NCBI GenBank assembly: GCA_043754535.1
Contig: JAYUUN010000103.1
Coordinates: 1-64,000 of the forward strand
Origin: Chloroflexota bacterium
GTDB lineage: Bacteria > Chloroflexota > Chloroflexia > QHBQ01
Length of the DNA stretch: 64,000 nucleotides
Direction of reading: 5' to 3'
Positions within the stretch are counted from its first letter, which is position 1, and each line of letters begins with the position of its first letter. Shown here piece after piece: positions 17,634 through 27,687 of this stretch. The notes below the pieces were generated by a model. It was given only the letters and a program-made list of their open reading frames with translations, had not been told where the DNA came from and made no database searches. Both the position numbers and the translations under genes were made by a program.

Positions 17634-18093
17634 GCCAACCTTCCGCCCCTACGCCGTTGGCGAGGAAGCGGCGGTCTCCCGCCTGATGCACGGCCTCTAC
17701 GACGAGGGGGATGGCATCCGCAGCCTGGACGACGCGAAGATCGCTCGCACCTTTGCCCACCTCAGCCTCGGCGAACAGTGCGGCTACTGCCTGGTGGCGG
17801 TGGACGAAGCGGGTGTGATTGCCGCCTACGTCCTGCTCTTTCCCTTCTGGAGCAACGAGTATGGCGGCTTGCTGCTGCTGCTCGACGAGTTCTATGTGGC
17901 AGCAGAGCGGCGCAGTCAGGGGCTAGGCGGCCAGTTCCTTACCTTCATCGAAGGCTTCGCGAAGGAGCGCGACTACCGCGCCCTCAACTTCATCGCCATG
18001 AGCCACAACACGCGAGCGGTTGACTTCTACCTGCGGCAGGGCTACTACCAGATACCCGCCTACTCCTTCGACAAGCTGTTGAACGAGGGTTGA
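17626..18093 (+). CDS. GNAT family N-acetyltransferase
   Basis: LDEFYV..RRSQGLG and N..AVDFY..GY motifs. Confidence 0.88.
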   Translation: MSKPTFRPYAVGEEAAVSRLMHGLYDEGDGIRSLDDAKIARTFAHLSLGEQCGYCLVAVDEAGVIAAYVLLFPFWSNEYGGLLLLLDEFYVAAERRSQGLGGQFLTFIEGFAKERDYRALNFIAMSHNTRAVDFYLRQGYYQIPAYSFDKLLNEG

Positions 18094-18125
18094 GCAGTCT
18101 ACAATCAACTAGAACGAGGTGACTA

Positions 18126-20618
18126 GTGGTTGAACAAAGAGGTAGGCGCACTGGGTTGCGTTGCCGACAGATGATCGCGCTGTTGCTGGTGGCTGGTTTG
18201 CTGGGGGGCTTGTGGTCGCTGCCGGGTGCAGCAGTGCAGGCGCAGGCGGCGCAGGCGATTGGTGGCTTGCCGCCCGCAGTCTACGCCCTGAGCGAAGATG
18301 CCACCTACGCGGCCACCGCTAGCGGTGTGTACAGAGCCGACAGTGCGGGCCGCTGGCAGACGGCGGGCTTGATTGGCATTAGCGTCTACGCTCTGGCCTC
18401 CTATGCAGCGGGCAGGACGCTCTATGCGGCGGCGGATGGGGGTGTGTACGCGACGATGGATGGGGGAGCGCACTGGCAGCACGCGCTAGTACTGCGTGGG
18501 CGGGCGATCTGGCTGGGCCTGAGCATCCGCGCCCAACGCCCCACCCTGATGGCAGCTACGGATGGCGGTATTTACGTACAGCAGAGTGGTGGGGAGTGGC
18601 AGAACAGCCTGGTGGGTAAGCAGATAGTAGCCGCCGTGTTGGACGAGGGTAGCAGGCTGGTTTACGTCGCCAGCGGCTCCACACTCTGGCGCGGCAGCAT
18701 TGACGGCACTGACTGGCAGCCACTGACTGCCCCTGGGGGTACGATCAACGCGATGATCCAGGGCAGGAGCCTCTATGCCGCCAGCAGTCGCGGCCTCTAC
18801 CGTTCCAGCGACGGGGGGACAACCTGGCAGACGCTGATCAAGGATGTGCGCTGCACCTTCGTCGGCCTGCGCGACCTCGACACCAGCCTCCGCATCTACG
18901 CCGAAGCGGGCGGCAGCTTGCAGGTGAGCAGCGACGACGGCGCGACCTGGCAGGTGTTGGCCGCTGTGCCAGCCGGTAGCTACCACCTGCTAATCCGCGA
19001 CCCTGGCAGCACCAGCGGCAGCTACCTGCTGGCGGGCGATGCAGGTCTGTTCAGCCTGGCCGAAGATCGCCTCAGCCTGGTCAACCTCAACGCCGCCGCT
19101 GCCAGCCACCTTGCCTATGGCATCAGCCGTAACAGCACGGGGAACGCTCAGCCCTACCTCTTTGCCGCCCGCGCTGATTTCGTCTACCGCTCGACTAACG
19201 CCGGGGCTAGCTGGCAGGCAGCGGCGGCTGGTCTGCGTGGCGACGTGCGTGACCTGGCAATCAGCAATGGCGGTAAGTTGTTGGCTGCCACCAGCGTTGG
19301 CCTCTACCTCAGCGACGATAGCGGGGGGAACTGGCAGCGCAGTGACGACGTAGCCTGCGCTCTCACCAGCCTCACCCAGCACCCGACGGTGGCAGCCACC
19401 CTCTATGCAGCCTGCACCCTCGGCGGCCTCTACCGCTCGACTGACAGTGGGGGAAGCTGGCAGCCACTGACGAGCAACCTCCCAGCGGCTGCTGCTCGCC
19501 TCACGGTTGACCCAACGGCTCCGCAGGTGATCTACGCCGCCCTGGACTATGCGCCCCCACTCTGGCGGTCGGTGGATGGAGGCGCGAACTGGCGCAGCGT
19601 CAGTAGCAGCCTACCTGCTGGTCTTAAAGTAGCAGCCCTGACGGTGCGCGGGCAGGTGGCACCGCCCGCCCTCGCGCTCAAGGTGGCCGAGCCGTCGCCC
19701 GTCACCGTCTACCTGGCGGCGCGCGGCGCACTCTACGCCAGTGCGGATGCTGGCAGCAACTGGCAGGCGATAGCTCTACCCACAGCCCTACGAGGCAAGC
19801 TGCTCTACGACCTGCGCCTGCTGGCAAGCGACGACCTCTACCTGGCGAGCAGTGGGGGTTTGTTCGCCAGCAGCGATGGCGGGGTGAGTTGGCTGACCAT
19901 TAGTAGCCAACCGACTGTCGCGCTGGCCGCGAACGTCAATGCCAGCAGCGTGACCGTGTATGGCGCGGGGGCGGCCAATACTGCCATCTCCATCTACCTG
20001 GCTACACGCCCCCAGGCCACCACTAGCCCACAAACCAGCCTGCCGACTGACAGGGCCGAGCCGCAGGCGGGCGCGATCTACTTCAAGGAGACAGGTCACA
20101 ACCTCAGCGGCAACTTCCAACGTTTCTGGCAACAGCGTGACGGCCTACGCGTCTTTGGCTACCCTCTAACCGAGCAGATTAGCGAGACGGTGGCGAGCAG
20201 ACCTGTCAGCAGCCCCAGCAGTCAGCAGCTAACTGTGCAGTGGTTCGAGCGGGTGCGCCTGGAGTACCACCCAGAGTTGACCGCCACCGAGCCAATCGTC
20301 ATCTCTCTACTAGGGGCCGAGTTGACGCGGGATCGCTATTTCATCGCCGCCCGCTTCCGGGCTGGGCCTGAGATCGAATACTTTCCACAGACGCGCCACG
20401 TAGTGCAGGCGGGCTTCCTCAAATACTGGCGGGCGAATGGCGGCCTCTACACCTTCGGCTACCCCGTCAGTGATGAGCTACGCGAGGGCGACCTGACGGT
20501 GCAGTGGTTCCAGCGCACCCGCTTCGAGTACCGCCCGGAGTACGCTGGAACCGCCAACGAGGTGCAACAGAGCCAACTGGGGCGGCAGGTGCTGCGCGAA
20601 CGCGGCTGGCTCCGCTAA
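18126..20618 (+). CDS. Secreted BNR/Asp-box beta-propeller protein with two C-terminal YFxETGH repeats
   Basis: Many SxDGGxxW boxes; YFKETGH..FGYPLTE..VQWFER and YFPQTRH..FGYPVSD..VQWFQR. Confidence 0.85.
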   Translation: MVEQRGRRTGLRCRQMIALLLVAGLLGGLWSLPGAAVQAQAAQAIGGLPPAVYALSEDATYAATASGVYRADSAGRWQTAGLIGISVYALASYAAGRTLYAAADGGVYATMDGGAHWQHALVLRGRAIWLGLSIRAQRPTLMAATDGGIYVQQSGGEWQNSLVGKQIVAAVLDEGSRLVYVASGSTLWRGSIDGTDWQPLTAPGGTINAMIQGRSLYAASSRGLYRSSDGGTTWQTLIKDVRCTFVGLRDLDTSLRIYAEAGGSLQVSSDDGATWQVLAAVPAGSYHLLIRDPGSTSGSYLLAGDAGLFSLAEDRLSLVNLNAAAASHLAYGISRNSTGNAQPYLFAARADFVYRSTNAGASWQAAAAGLRGDVRDLAISNGGKLLAATSVGLYLSDDSGGNWQRSDDVACALTSLTQHPTVAATLYAACTLGGLYRSTDSGGSWQPLTSNLPAAAARLTVDPTAPQVIYAALDYAPPLWRSVDGGANWRSVSSSLPAGLKVAALTVRGQVAPPALALKVAEPSPVTVYLAARGALYASADAGSNWQAIALPTALRGKLLYDLRLLASDDLYLASSGGLFASSDGGVSWLTISSQPTVALAANVNASSVTVYGAGAANTAISIYLATRPQATTSPQTSLPTDRAEPQAGAIYFKETGHNLSGNFQRFWQQRDGLRVFGYPLTEQISETVASRPVSSPSSQQLTVQWFERVRLEYHPELTATEPIVISLLGAELTRDRYFIAARFRAGPEIEYFPQTRHVVQAGFLKYWRANGGLYTFGYPVSDELREGDLTVQWFQRTRFEYRPEYAGTANEVQQSQLGRQVLRERGWLR

Positions 20619-20730
20619 AGTCACTTGCCAGCCCCAATATACAGCGCAAGGCTGATAACCTCAAGCCGCCGCTTCGGGTACACTGTTGTACGAGGGGCGG
20701 TGCAAAGCTGCGCCAAGAGGAGCGCAGAGG

Positions 20731-22005
20731 TTGAAACATGATAACCTGGGGCAGAATGTTGACTTTCGGAAGTTGTGGCTAGGCAAACTCGTCTCGGCCT
20801 TCGGTTCGCAGATCAGCAGCATGGCGATCTACTACGTCGCGCTACTGGTGCTGAAGGCGGGGCCAGAGCAGCTTGGCTGGCTGACGGCGGCAGGGTCGCT
20901 GCCCTACCTGTTCGTCAGCCTATTCGCGGGGGTATGGGTGGATCGCCTGCGCCGCCGTCCCCTACTAATCGCTGCCGACCTCGGTCGGGCCGTGCTGCTC
21001 GCCTCGATCCCCCTGACCGCCAGCTTCGGTCTACTAACCTTCGGCCAACTATTGCTCGTCGCCCCGCTGGTTGGCACCCTCACCATCCTCTTTAATGTGG
21101 CAGAGCAGGCTTACCTGCCCAGCGTGGTAGAGCGTGGGCAGTTGGTGGCGGCCAACAGCAGGCTGGCGGCCAGCGATGCCGCCGCTGAGGTAGGTGGGCC
21201 AGCAGTGGGCGGCGTGCTGGTTAGCCTGCTCACCGCGCCCTTCACTATCCTCCTTGATGTTGCCAGCTTTGTCTTCTCTGCCGCCTGCTTCTGGCTGGTA
21301 CGTAAGCCAGAGCCAGCAGCGGTGCTGCGCGACGAGCAGAGCAACCTCTGGCGCGAGATCGGAGCGGGGCTGCGCCTGGTAGGCAGCAACCAGATCGTGC
21401 GGGCGGTCACCCTCAGCATGGCAACTTCCGCCCTCTTTGGCAACTTCATCGGCACCCTTTACACCTACTATGCGATCCACGACCTCGGCCTCGACCCGGC
21501 AGCGGTCGGCGTGGTGATCGGGGTAGGCGGGGCGAGTGCGCTGCTCGGCACGCTGCTGGTCGGCCCCCTCAGCCGCCGCTACCCGCTAGGCAAGCTGATG
21601 ATCGGCTGCATGGTGGCCCACCGCCTGGTTCAGTTGACGATCCCGCTAGCCGGGGGGCCGCCGCCGCTTGCCTTCGCCATCATGCTGATTGGGCAAATCG
21701 CCGATGTGTTTGGCACAGTGTACATGATCAACGAAGTTAGTCTGCGCCAGAGCGTAGTGCCAGACCACCTGCTGGGCCGGGTCAACGCCAGCGTCAACTT
21801 CCTGGTGGGAGGGCTGGTACCAGTCGGCGCACTGCTCGGTGGCTGGCTGGGCCAACACCTGGGCGCAAGGCCAACCCTCTGGCTAGCTACCCTGGGGCTG
21901 CTGGCTGCCACCCTCTGGATCATCTTCTCTCCAATCCGCAACCTGGTTGAGCAACCGGGTCTGGTAGAGGAGAAACAGGTTGTGCCAGCCACGTTCGTGG
22001 GGTGA
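20731..22005 (+). CDS. MFS transporter (MFS_3/EntS-like)
   Basis: DFRKLW, GVWVDRLRRR, LRQ..VP..LLGRV; about 12 TM segments; TTG after GAGGAG. Confidence 0.9.
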   Translation: MKHDNLGQNVDFRKLWLGKLVSAFGSQISSMAIYYVALLVLKAGPEQLGWLTAAGSLPYLFVSLFAGVWVDRLRRRPLLIAADLGRAVLLASIPLTASFGLLTFGQLLLVAPLVGTLTILFNVAEQAYLPSVVERGQLVAANSRLAASDAAAEVGGPAVGGVLVSLLTAPFTILLDVASFVFSAACFWLVRKPEPAAVLRDEQSNLWREIGAGLRLVGSNQIVRAVTLSMATSALFGNFIGTLYTYYAIHDLGLDPAAVGVVIGVGGASALLGTLLVGPLSRRYPLGKLMIGCMVAHRLVQLTIPLAGGPPPLAFAIMLIGQIADVFGTVYMINEVSLRQSVVPDHLLGRVNASVNFLVGGLVPVGALLGGWLGQHLGARPTLWLATLGLLAATLWIIFSPIRNLVEQPGLVEEKQVVPATFVG

Positions 22006-22044
22006 CTGGCGGTCTAGCACCTGGGTAGAGAGCAGGGTTGACGG

Positions 22045-23529
22045 CTAGCGCGTCGCCACGCTCACCTCGTCCACGTAGAAGCTGGTGGGGCTGCGTGCGC
22101 CATTGGTAGCGGCGAAGGCAACCTGGATCGTTTGGCCCTGGTACTGGCTCAGGTCGTAGCTGGCCGCCTGCCAATCCCCTGCCGCGTTGCCGTCGCTGAT
22201 CGTCTGCAAGGTGACAAGGGGGCTGCCGTTGCGGTCGCGCACGCGCACGTAGAGGAAGTCGTAGCTATGGGTTTGCTCTGTCGTCTGCGCCAACCAGTAG
22301 TAGCGCAGGCTGACGCTGGTCGCGCCCTTTGGCACGCTGATCGTCTGGTAGAGGCTAGCGGTGCAGTTGTTGTAGCCGCAGAAGTGCGCACTACTGCTGC
22401 CTGCGTGCGGCTTTTGGCCGTCAACCAGCTTGCCGCCCTGCATCTCCTTAGCCGTCCAACCGCTCGTCCCCTGCTCAAAGCCACCGTTCTTCAACAACTC
22501 TATGCTGCCACTAGCAACGGTGGGGCTAAGGCTGGTCGGTGGGGGCAGCGCGGTGGGGTTGCCAGCTTGATTGCCACCACTGCTTGCCAGCCACTCGGTG
22601 GCATTGAGAAACAGGGCGGCATTACTACCAGCCCGGTCGTCCCAACCGTTGTAGCAGATGTCGGCTCCGCCACAGGTGCCGTCATCGAAGGCAGAGCTAT
22701 CGCCGATAGCGACGATCCGCCCCTTGCCGTAGCTGCTGCGGCTGACGAACGCACCCTTGCTCCCCTGGTTGTCGAAGCCACTACGGAAGATCACCCCACG
22801 TGCAGCAGGGTTAGCGGTGGTGTCCAGCGTCTCGGTCGTGCCGTTGCGGATGATGCTGGACTTTGCGCTGCCAAAAGGCCCTTGCAGCAGCGGATCAGCA
22901 GCGGGCGCGTCATTGTTGGGGTTCTCACTACCCAGGTTTAGCACATCAAAGGTAATGCCGAAGGGGTTCTTCACCAGCCCATTGTTGGCGATCAGGTCGT
23001 TGAGAACACGTAGGGAGTCGGCCCCGTCGTTGTTGCGGTCGCTGCGGTCATGGTCAGCAACCATAAAGAGACCGCCGCCTTGCTGTACAAACTGGATTAC
23101 TGCCTGCTTCTCGCCGCTACTCAACAGCTTGTTCGGCTCTGGCAGCACCAGGACGTTGAAGCGGCTGAGGTCGAGCGGGTTGCTAGCGATCCCGTAGGTG
23201 AGGCTGCTGGTATTGGTCTTGAGCGTATACCGCCCCGTCTTTTGCAGAGCCACCCCCCATGCGCTGATGCCGCCCGTCCAATCACGCTCCTGCTGAGGGT
23301 TGGCGTTCTCGCGCAGCGGATCGGGCTGGCTGCTACTGATCACCCAGTCTGCATTACCTGCCGTCTCCGCATGAAAGTTGTCAAACAGGACGCTGTAGCT
23401 GGCGGTGGTAGAGGCTGCTTGCTGGGTGGCGATCAGGAATGTTTCGCTGGTCGGCATCCGTTCGCTGCCACAGCCAGTCAGCACGAGCAGTAGTAGGGCG
23501 GAGAGGAGTAGGCGGGGCAATCGGTTCAT
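22045..23529 (-). CDS. Lipoprotein with DUF4350/GATase-fold-like domain and C-terminal carbohydrate-binding-like (NGGFE) domain
   Basis: LTGC lipobox; VLFDNFHAETAGNADW, LPEPN, GGGLFMVADH; LLKNGGFE...FYVDEVS. Confidence 0.7.
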   Translation of the reverse strand: MNRLPRLLLSALLLLVLTGCGSERMPTSETFLIATQQAASTTASYSVLFDNFHAETAGNADWVISSSQPDPLRENANPQQERDWTGGISAWGVALQKTGRYTLKTNTSSLTYGIASNPLDLSRFNVLVLPEPNKLLSSGEKQAVIQFVQQGGGLFMVADHDRSDRNNDGADSLRVLNDLIANNGLVKNPFGITFDVLNLGSENPNNDAPAADPLLQGPFGSAKSSIIRNGTTETLDTTANPAARGVIFRSGFDNQGSKGAFVSRSSYGKGRIVAIGDSSAFDDGTCGGADICYNGWDDRAGSNAALFLNATEWLASSGGNQAGNPTALPPPTSLSPTVASGSIELLKNGGFEQGTSGWTAKEMQGGKLVDGQKPHAGSSSAHFCGYNNCTASLYQTISVPKGATSVSLRYYWLAQTTEQTHSYDFLYVRVRDRNGSPLVTLQTISDGNAAGDWQAASYDLSQYQGQTIQVAFAATNGARSPTSFYVDEVSVATR

Positions 23530-23695
23530 GGCGGTTCCTTTGACAGAGGCGAAGGCACGTAGAGCGGGTTGGGGTGCTGCGTTGTTGCTAATATACACCA
23601 TGCTAGCGCACCGCCGCAATAGGTCGGGCAGCCACAAAATGCAAGCTCCCTGGCCTGGCCCCGCGAGGAGCAGACCAGGGAGTGCGGGCGGTGGA

Positions 23696-25288
23696 CTAGC
23701 GGCTGATCAGGCTCACATCGTCTATGAAGAAGCTGGTGGTCGCCGACGAGTCGCTAGTGGCAGCAAAAGCGATCTGGATCGTCTGGCCGCGGTAGCTACT
23801 AAGATCATAGCTAGCAACAGCCCAGTTGCCCGCGCTACTGCCATCGGTCACGGTTTGCAGGTTGGCGAGGTTCGCGCCGCTACTACTGCGTACCCGCACG
23901 TAGAGGTAGTCGTAGGGGTGCGAAGTCTCCTGGGTGGACATCTGCCAGTAGTAGCTGAGGCTAACAGACGAGGCAACCGCCGGGACAGTGACTGTCTGGT
24001 AGATGCTATCGGCACAGTTGTTGTAGCCACAGAGGTAGGCACTGTTGCTGCCAGTGTGGGGGCGGGCGGGGTCTACTGTCTCATAGCCGCCGCTCGAACT
24101 CTCCACCCAGGGGCTACTACCGCTCTCAAAGCCGCCATTCTGGATCAACTGCTGGCTGCCAGAGCCGGGCGTAGGGGTGGCAGTTGGCACGAGCGGGGTG
24201 CGCGTGGCGGTTGGCGCAAGCGGCGTGTTCGTGGCGGTTGGTAGGATAGCTGTGCTGGTAGCCGTTGGCGCAACTGGCGTGTTGGTAGCCGTTACTGCAA
24301 TTGGGGTGCGCGTAGCAGTGGGTATGCTGGGCGTGTTGGTGGCGGTGGCAGCAGAACCGCCGCTACCTGCCAACCAATCGGTGGCGTTGGGAAAGAGGAT
24401 GCTATTGTTGCCAGCAGGATCGTTCCAGCCGTTGAAGCAGTTGTTGCTTGAGGCACAAGTGCCGTCGTCAATCGCCGAGCTATCGCCCACCGCGACTATG
24501 CGCCCACTGCCATAGCTACTGCGGCTGACGAACGCGCCAGTGTTGCCAGTATTGGAGGCACTATTGCGGTAGATTACCCCATGTGCGGCAGGGTTGGCGG
24601 CGGGGTCGAGCGTCTCAGTCGTGCCAGCCCGAATGATACTGCTGCGCGCCGTACCGAACGAGCCTTGTAGGATCGGGTCAGGGTTGGGGGTATCATTGCT
24701 GGGGTTCTCGTTGCTGATGTTCACTACGTCAAACTGGATGCCAAAGACGTTGCTGCCCGCGCCGCCATTGTTCATCAGGTCGTTAAGCACGCGCAGGGAG
24801 TCGGCCCCGTCGTTGTTGCGGTCACTACCGTTATGGTCGGCGATCATAAAGAGGCCGCCGCCATTACGCACGAAGTTAAGGATCGCAGTCTTCTCACCGC
24901 TGGTTAGTAGACTATTCGGCTCTGGCAGGACAAGCACGTTGAAGCGACTAAGGTCAAGTGGATTGCTGCTGTCGCCGTAGCTAAAGGTACGTGTGTTGGT
25001 CTTGAGGCTGTAACGCCCCGTCTGTTGCAGAGCTACGCCCCAGGCACTGATACCGCCCGTCCAGTCGCGCTCATTCTGGGGGTTGGCGTTCTGCTGCAAG
25101 GGATCGGGTTGGCTGCTGCTGATCACCCAGTCGGAGTTGCCAGCAGTTTCGGCATGAAAGTTGTCGAACAGGACGCTGTAACCAGCCGCGTGAGCAATGG
25201 GCTGCGCTGGCGACCAGAAGGCAAACAGACCAGCCAGCAGCAGGGCGGTCAGCAGCAGGCGAACAGTAAACAAAACACGGTTCTTCAT
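23696..25288 (-). CDS. Secreted paralogue of 22045-23529 with PTAT-repeat linker
   Basis: Sec signal ending AHA; same two domains; ATNTP/ATRTP repeats. Confidence 0.72.
   Translation of the reverse strand: MKNRVLFTVRLLLTALLLAGLFAFWSPAQPIAHAAGYSVLFDNFHAETAGNSDWVISSSQPDPLQQNANPQNERDWTGGISAWGVALQQTGRYSLKTNTRTFSYGDSSNPLDLSRFNVLVLPEPNSLLTSGEKTAILNFVRNGGGLFMIADHNGSDRNNDGADSLRVLNDLMNNGGAGSNVFGIQFDVVNISNENPSNDTPNPDPILQGSFGTARSSIIRAGTTETLDPAANPAAHGVIYRNSASNTGNTGAFVSRSSYGSGRIVAVGDSSAIDDGTCASSNNCFNGWNDPAGNNSILFPNATDWLAGSGGSAATATNTPSIPTATRTPIAVTATNTPVAPTATSTAILPTATNTPLAPTATRTPLVPTATPTPGSGSQQLIQNGGFESGSSPWVESSSGGYETVDPARPHTGSNSAYLCGYNNCADSIYQTVTVPAVASSVSLSYYWQMSTQETSHPYDYLYVRVRSSSGANLANLQTVTDGSSAGNWAVASYDLSSYRGQTIQIAFAATSDSSATTSFFIDDVSLISR
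24170..24350 (-). repeat. Degenerate 27-bp (9-aa) tandem repeats encoding a TATNTPxxP linker
   Basis: ATNTPSIPT-ATRTPIAVT-ATNTPVAPT-ATSTAILPT-ATNTPLAPT-ATRTPLVPT. Confidence 0.75.
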
Positions 25289-25461
25289 TCTCAATTCTCC
25301 ACTTCCTTTCTCCAGGCAGACCAACCACGGGGGTGGCCGCCGATCAGCCGAAGGGCCAGACCAGGTGGCCTAGCCACACGAACACCCCCACTATAGCTCT
25401 GGCGAGGGCTTGCTGGATAGAAGCCGTTATATGGCACCAGCAATACAGCTCGTGCGCTGGG

Positions 25462-25494
25462 CAAAAAAGAACCCCGCCAACGGTTGGCGGGGTC
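25462..25494 (-). terminator. Intrinsic terminator of the suf genes
   Basis: ACCCCGCCAA-CCG-TTGGCGGGGT followed by TCTTTTTT. Confidence 0.85.
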
Positions 25495-25499
25495 AGTGA

Positions 25500-25814
25500 T
25501 TAGTCGTAGTAGCCGAGTTCCTCTTTTGCGTCTTCCGACATCATACTTGGGTTCCAGTAAGGCGACCAGACGAGTTCCACGTCTACCTCCTTAATGTCCT
25601 CGAAGACTTGTAGAGCGCGATGCACGTCGGTGATGATCATCGGCCCAGCCGGGCAGCCAGGACTGGTCAGGCTCATCTCAATATGCACGAACCCTTCCTT
25701 CTCCTCTGGCTCCACGTCTACGTTATAGATCAGGCCGAGATCAACGATGTTGACCCCGATCTCCGGGTCGTACACATCGCGCAAGGCGGTGCGTACCATA
25801 TTCTCTGTTACCAT
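25500..25814 (-). CDS. sufT: Fe-S assembly protein, SufT/PaaD-like (DUF59)
   Basis: DPEIGVNIVDLGLIY, MSLTSPGCP, VWSPYW. Confidence 0.9.
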   Translation of the reverse strand: MVTENMVRTALRDVYDPEIGVNIVDLGLIYNVDVEPEEKEGFVHIEMSLTSPGCPAGPMIITDVHRALQVFEDIKEVDVELVWSPYWNPSMMSEDAKEELGYYD

Positions 25815-25832
25815 AACTTGAGTGTACCTTTT

Positions 25833-26153
25833 CTAATAGCGGGGCAGCGTAGGGTCGATCTTCTCAGCCCAATCTTCGATGCCGCCGTTCATGCTGTGCG
25901 CCTTGTAGCCAGAGGCTTGCAGGTAGCGAGCGGCTTGCAGGCTGCGGCTACCATGATGGCAGTAGATCACCACTTCTTCGTCCTTGTTCAGTTCAGCGAC
26001 GCGCTGCTGAAGCTGGTCGAGTGGGATCAGGGTTGCTCCTTCGAGGTGGACAAACTCGTACTCGTTCGGCTCACGCACATCTAGCAGCACGAACTTGTCG
26101 CCACGATCCAACTTCTCCTTGACCTCTCCGGTGGTCATCTCCATCTCTTGCAT
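25833..26153 (-). CDS. Single-domain rhodanese (sulfurtransferase)
   Basis: LLDVREPNE, active-site CHHGSRS, GGIEDW. Confidence 0.92.
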   Translation of the reverse strand: MQEMEMTTGEVKEKLDRGDKFVLLDVREPNEYEFVHLEGATLIPLDQLQQRVAELNKDEEVVIYCHHGSRSLQAARYLQASGYKAHSMNGGIEDWAEKIDPTLPRY

Positions 26154-26184
26154 GGGGTTACTCCTTCTTGTGGGTGATTGATGA

Positions 26185-27525
26185 TTAGCTAAGGTCACCG
26201 CCAGCAGTGTAAGGATGGTCGGCAGCGATCTGGCGCAACTGGGCCGGGGTAAGCTGGCTAGCCTGTTTGAGGGCAGCGACCAGCACATCTACATCATCCT
26301 GGTTATTGTAGAGATAGAAGCTAGCGCGGGCAGTCGCGCTCACGCCGAGGTGATCCATGATCGGCTGGCAGCAATGCCGTCCCGCCCTCACTGCGATCCC
26401 TTCGTTCTCCAAAAAGGCAGCAAGGGTGGCCGCGTCATGGTTGCCCAGGTTGAAGGGGAAGGTCGCCCCACGCTGGGCCGCGTCGGGGTGGCCGTAGACT
26501 TGCAGGCCAGCCACTTCGGTGAAGCGAGCGAGGGCGTACTCGGCCAGGGCGCGTTCGTGTTCGCGGATGTTGCCCATGCCGATCTCGCTCAGGTAGTCCA
26601 CTGCTGCACCAAAGGCAATAGCTTCGGCAAAAGCAGGGGTACCGGCCTCAAAGCGGGCGGGTACCGGCTCGTAGGCGCACTCGCGCAGGCCCACATGAGT
26701 GACAGTGCCGCCGCCAGTAAGGAAGGGCTGCATGGTATCTAGCAGCGCGAAACGCCCCCACAGCGCACCGATACCGCTGGGCGCGCACATCTTGTGGCCG
26801 CTGAAGGCCAGGAAGTCGCAACCAAGCTCCTGCACATCCACTGGCATATGGGGGACGCTCTGTGCGCCATCCACCACGACCACCGCGCCGACCGCCTTAG
26901 CCCTCCGCACAATCTCGGCGATGGGGTTGATCGTCCCCAGCGTGTTGCTGACGTGTACCACACTAACCAGCTTGACCGGCAGCTTGAGTAGCTCGTCGAA
27001 CACTGCCAGGTCGAGGCTACCATCCGCCTTGATCGGGATGAACTCAAGCCGTGCGCCTGTCTCGCGGGCGACCACCTGCCAGGGGATCAGGTTGCTGTGG
27101 TGTTCCATCTCGCTGGTTACGATCACATCGCCCGCGCCCAGGTTGGCACGCGCCCAGGAGTGGGAAACGAGGTTGAGGGCTTCGGTAGCATTGCGGGTGA
27201 AGATCAGCTCGCGTTCGTCGGCGGCGTTGATGAAGTGGGCGACCTTGCGACGGGCCTGCTCGTAGAGGTGGGTGGCCTCCTCACTGAGAGTGTAGGCACC
27301 ACGATGGATGTTGGCGTTGCTGGTGCGGTAGAAGTGACTGAGCGCGTCGATCACCTGCTCCGGCTTCTGCGAACTGGCGGTGCTATCGAGGTAGACCATG
27401 CGCTTGCCATGGATGGTGCGGCTGAGGATGGGGAAGTCGGCGCACACTCGCTGCCAGTCCACACTGTCATGCGCGACCAGCGTAGTACAGGCAGCCTCGG
27501 TTGTTGGTTGGAAAGTGGCGGTCAT
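26185..27525 (-). CDS. sufS: Cysteine desulfurase, SufS family
   Basis: YLDSTASSQKP, ANIHRG, EHHSN, DGAQ, FSGHK, FEAGTP, RAGRHCC. Confidence 0.93.
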   Translation of the reverse strand: MTATFQPTTEAACTTLVAHDSVDWQRVCADFPILSRTIHGKRMVYLDSTASSQKPEQVIDALSHFYRTSNANIHRGAYTLSEEATHLYEQARRKVAHFINAADERELIFTRNATEALNLVSHSWARANLGAGDVIVTSEMEHHSNLIPWQVVARETGARLEFIPIKADGSLDLAVFDELLKLPVKLVSVVHVSNTLGTINPIAEIVRRAKAVGAVVVVDGAQSVPHMPVDVQELGCDFLAFSGHKMCAPSGIGALWGRFALLDTMQPFLTGGGTVTHVGLRECAYEPVPARFEAGTPAFAEAIAFGAAVDYLSEIGMGNIREHERALAEYALARFTEVAGLQVYGHPDAAQRGATFPFNLGNHDAATLAAFLENEGIAVRAGRHCCQPIMDHLGVSATARASFYLYNNQDDVDVLVAALKQASQLTPAQLRQIAADHPYTAGGDLS

Positions 27526-27580
27526 CAGTTACTCCTTCGCTTTCAACGCTGAAAGGCTCTTGTCCGTCTGGTTGCCGCCC

Positions 27581-27609
27581 ATTATAAGACAAAGTGGGTG
27601 GCTGGTCAA
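27581..27609 (-). promoter_or_regulatory. Internal sigma70 promoter for sufS (TTGACC-N17-TATAAT)
   Basis: Near-consensus hexamers with 17-nt spacer in the sufC-sufS gap. Confidence 0.7.
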
Positions 27610-27687
27610 CGCTGCTATTATGCTGAAAGTGGCACGTAGCAGATCAGCCACGCGCCACTCTGGACAACCCCACAACCGGCCTGTGGC

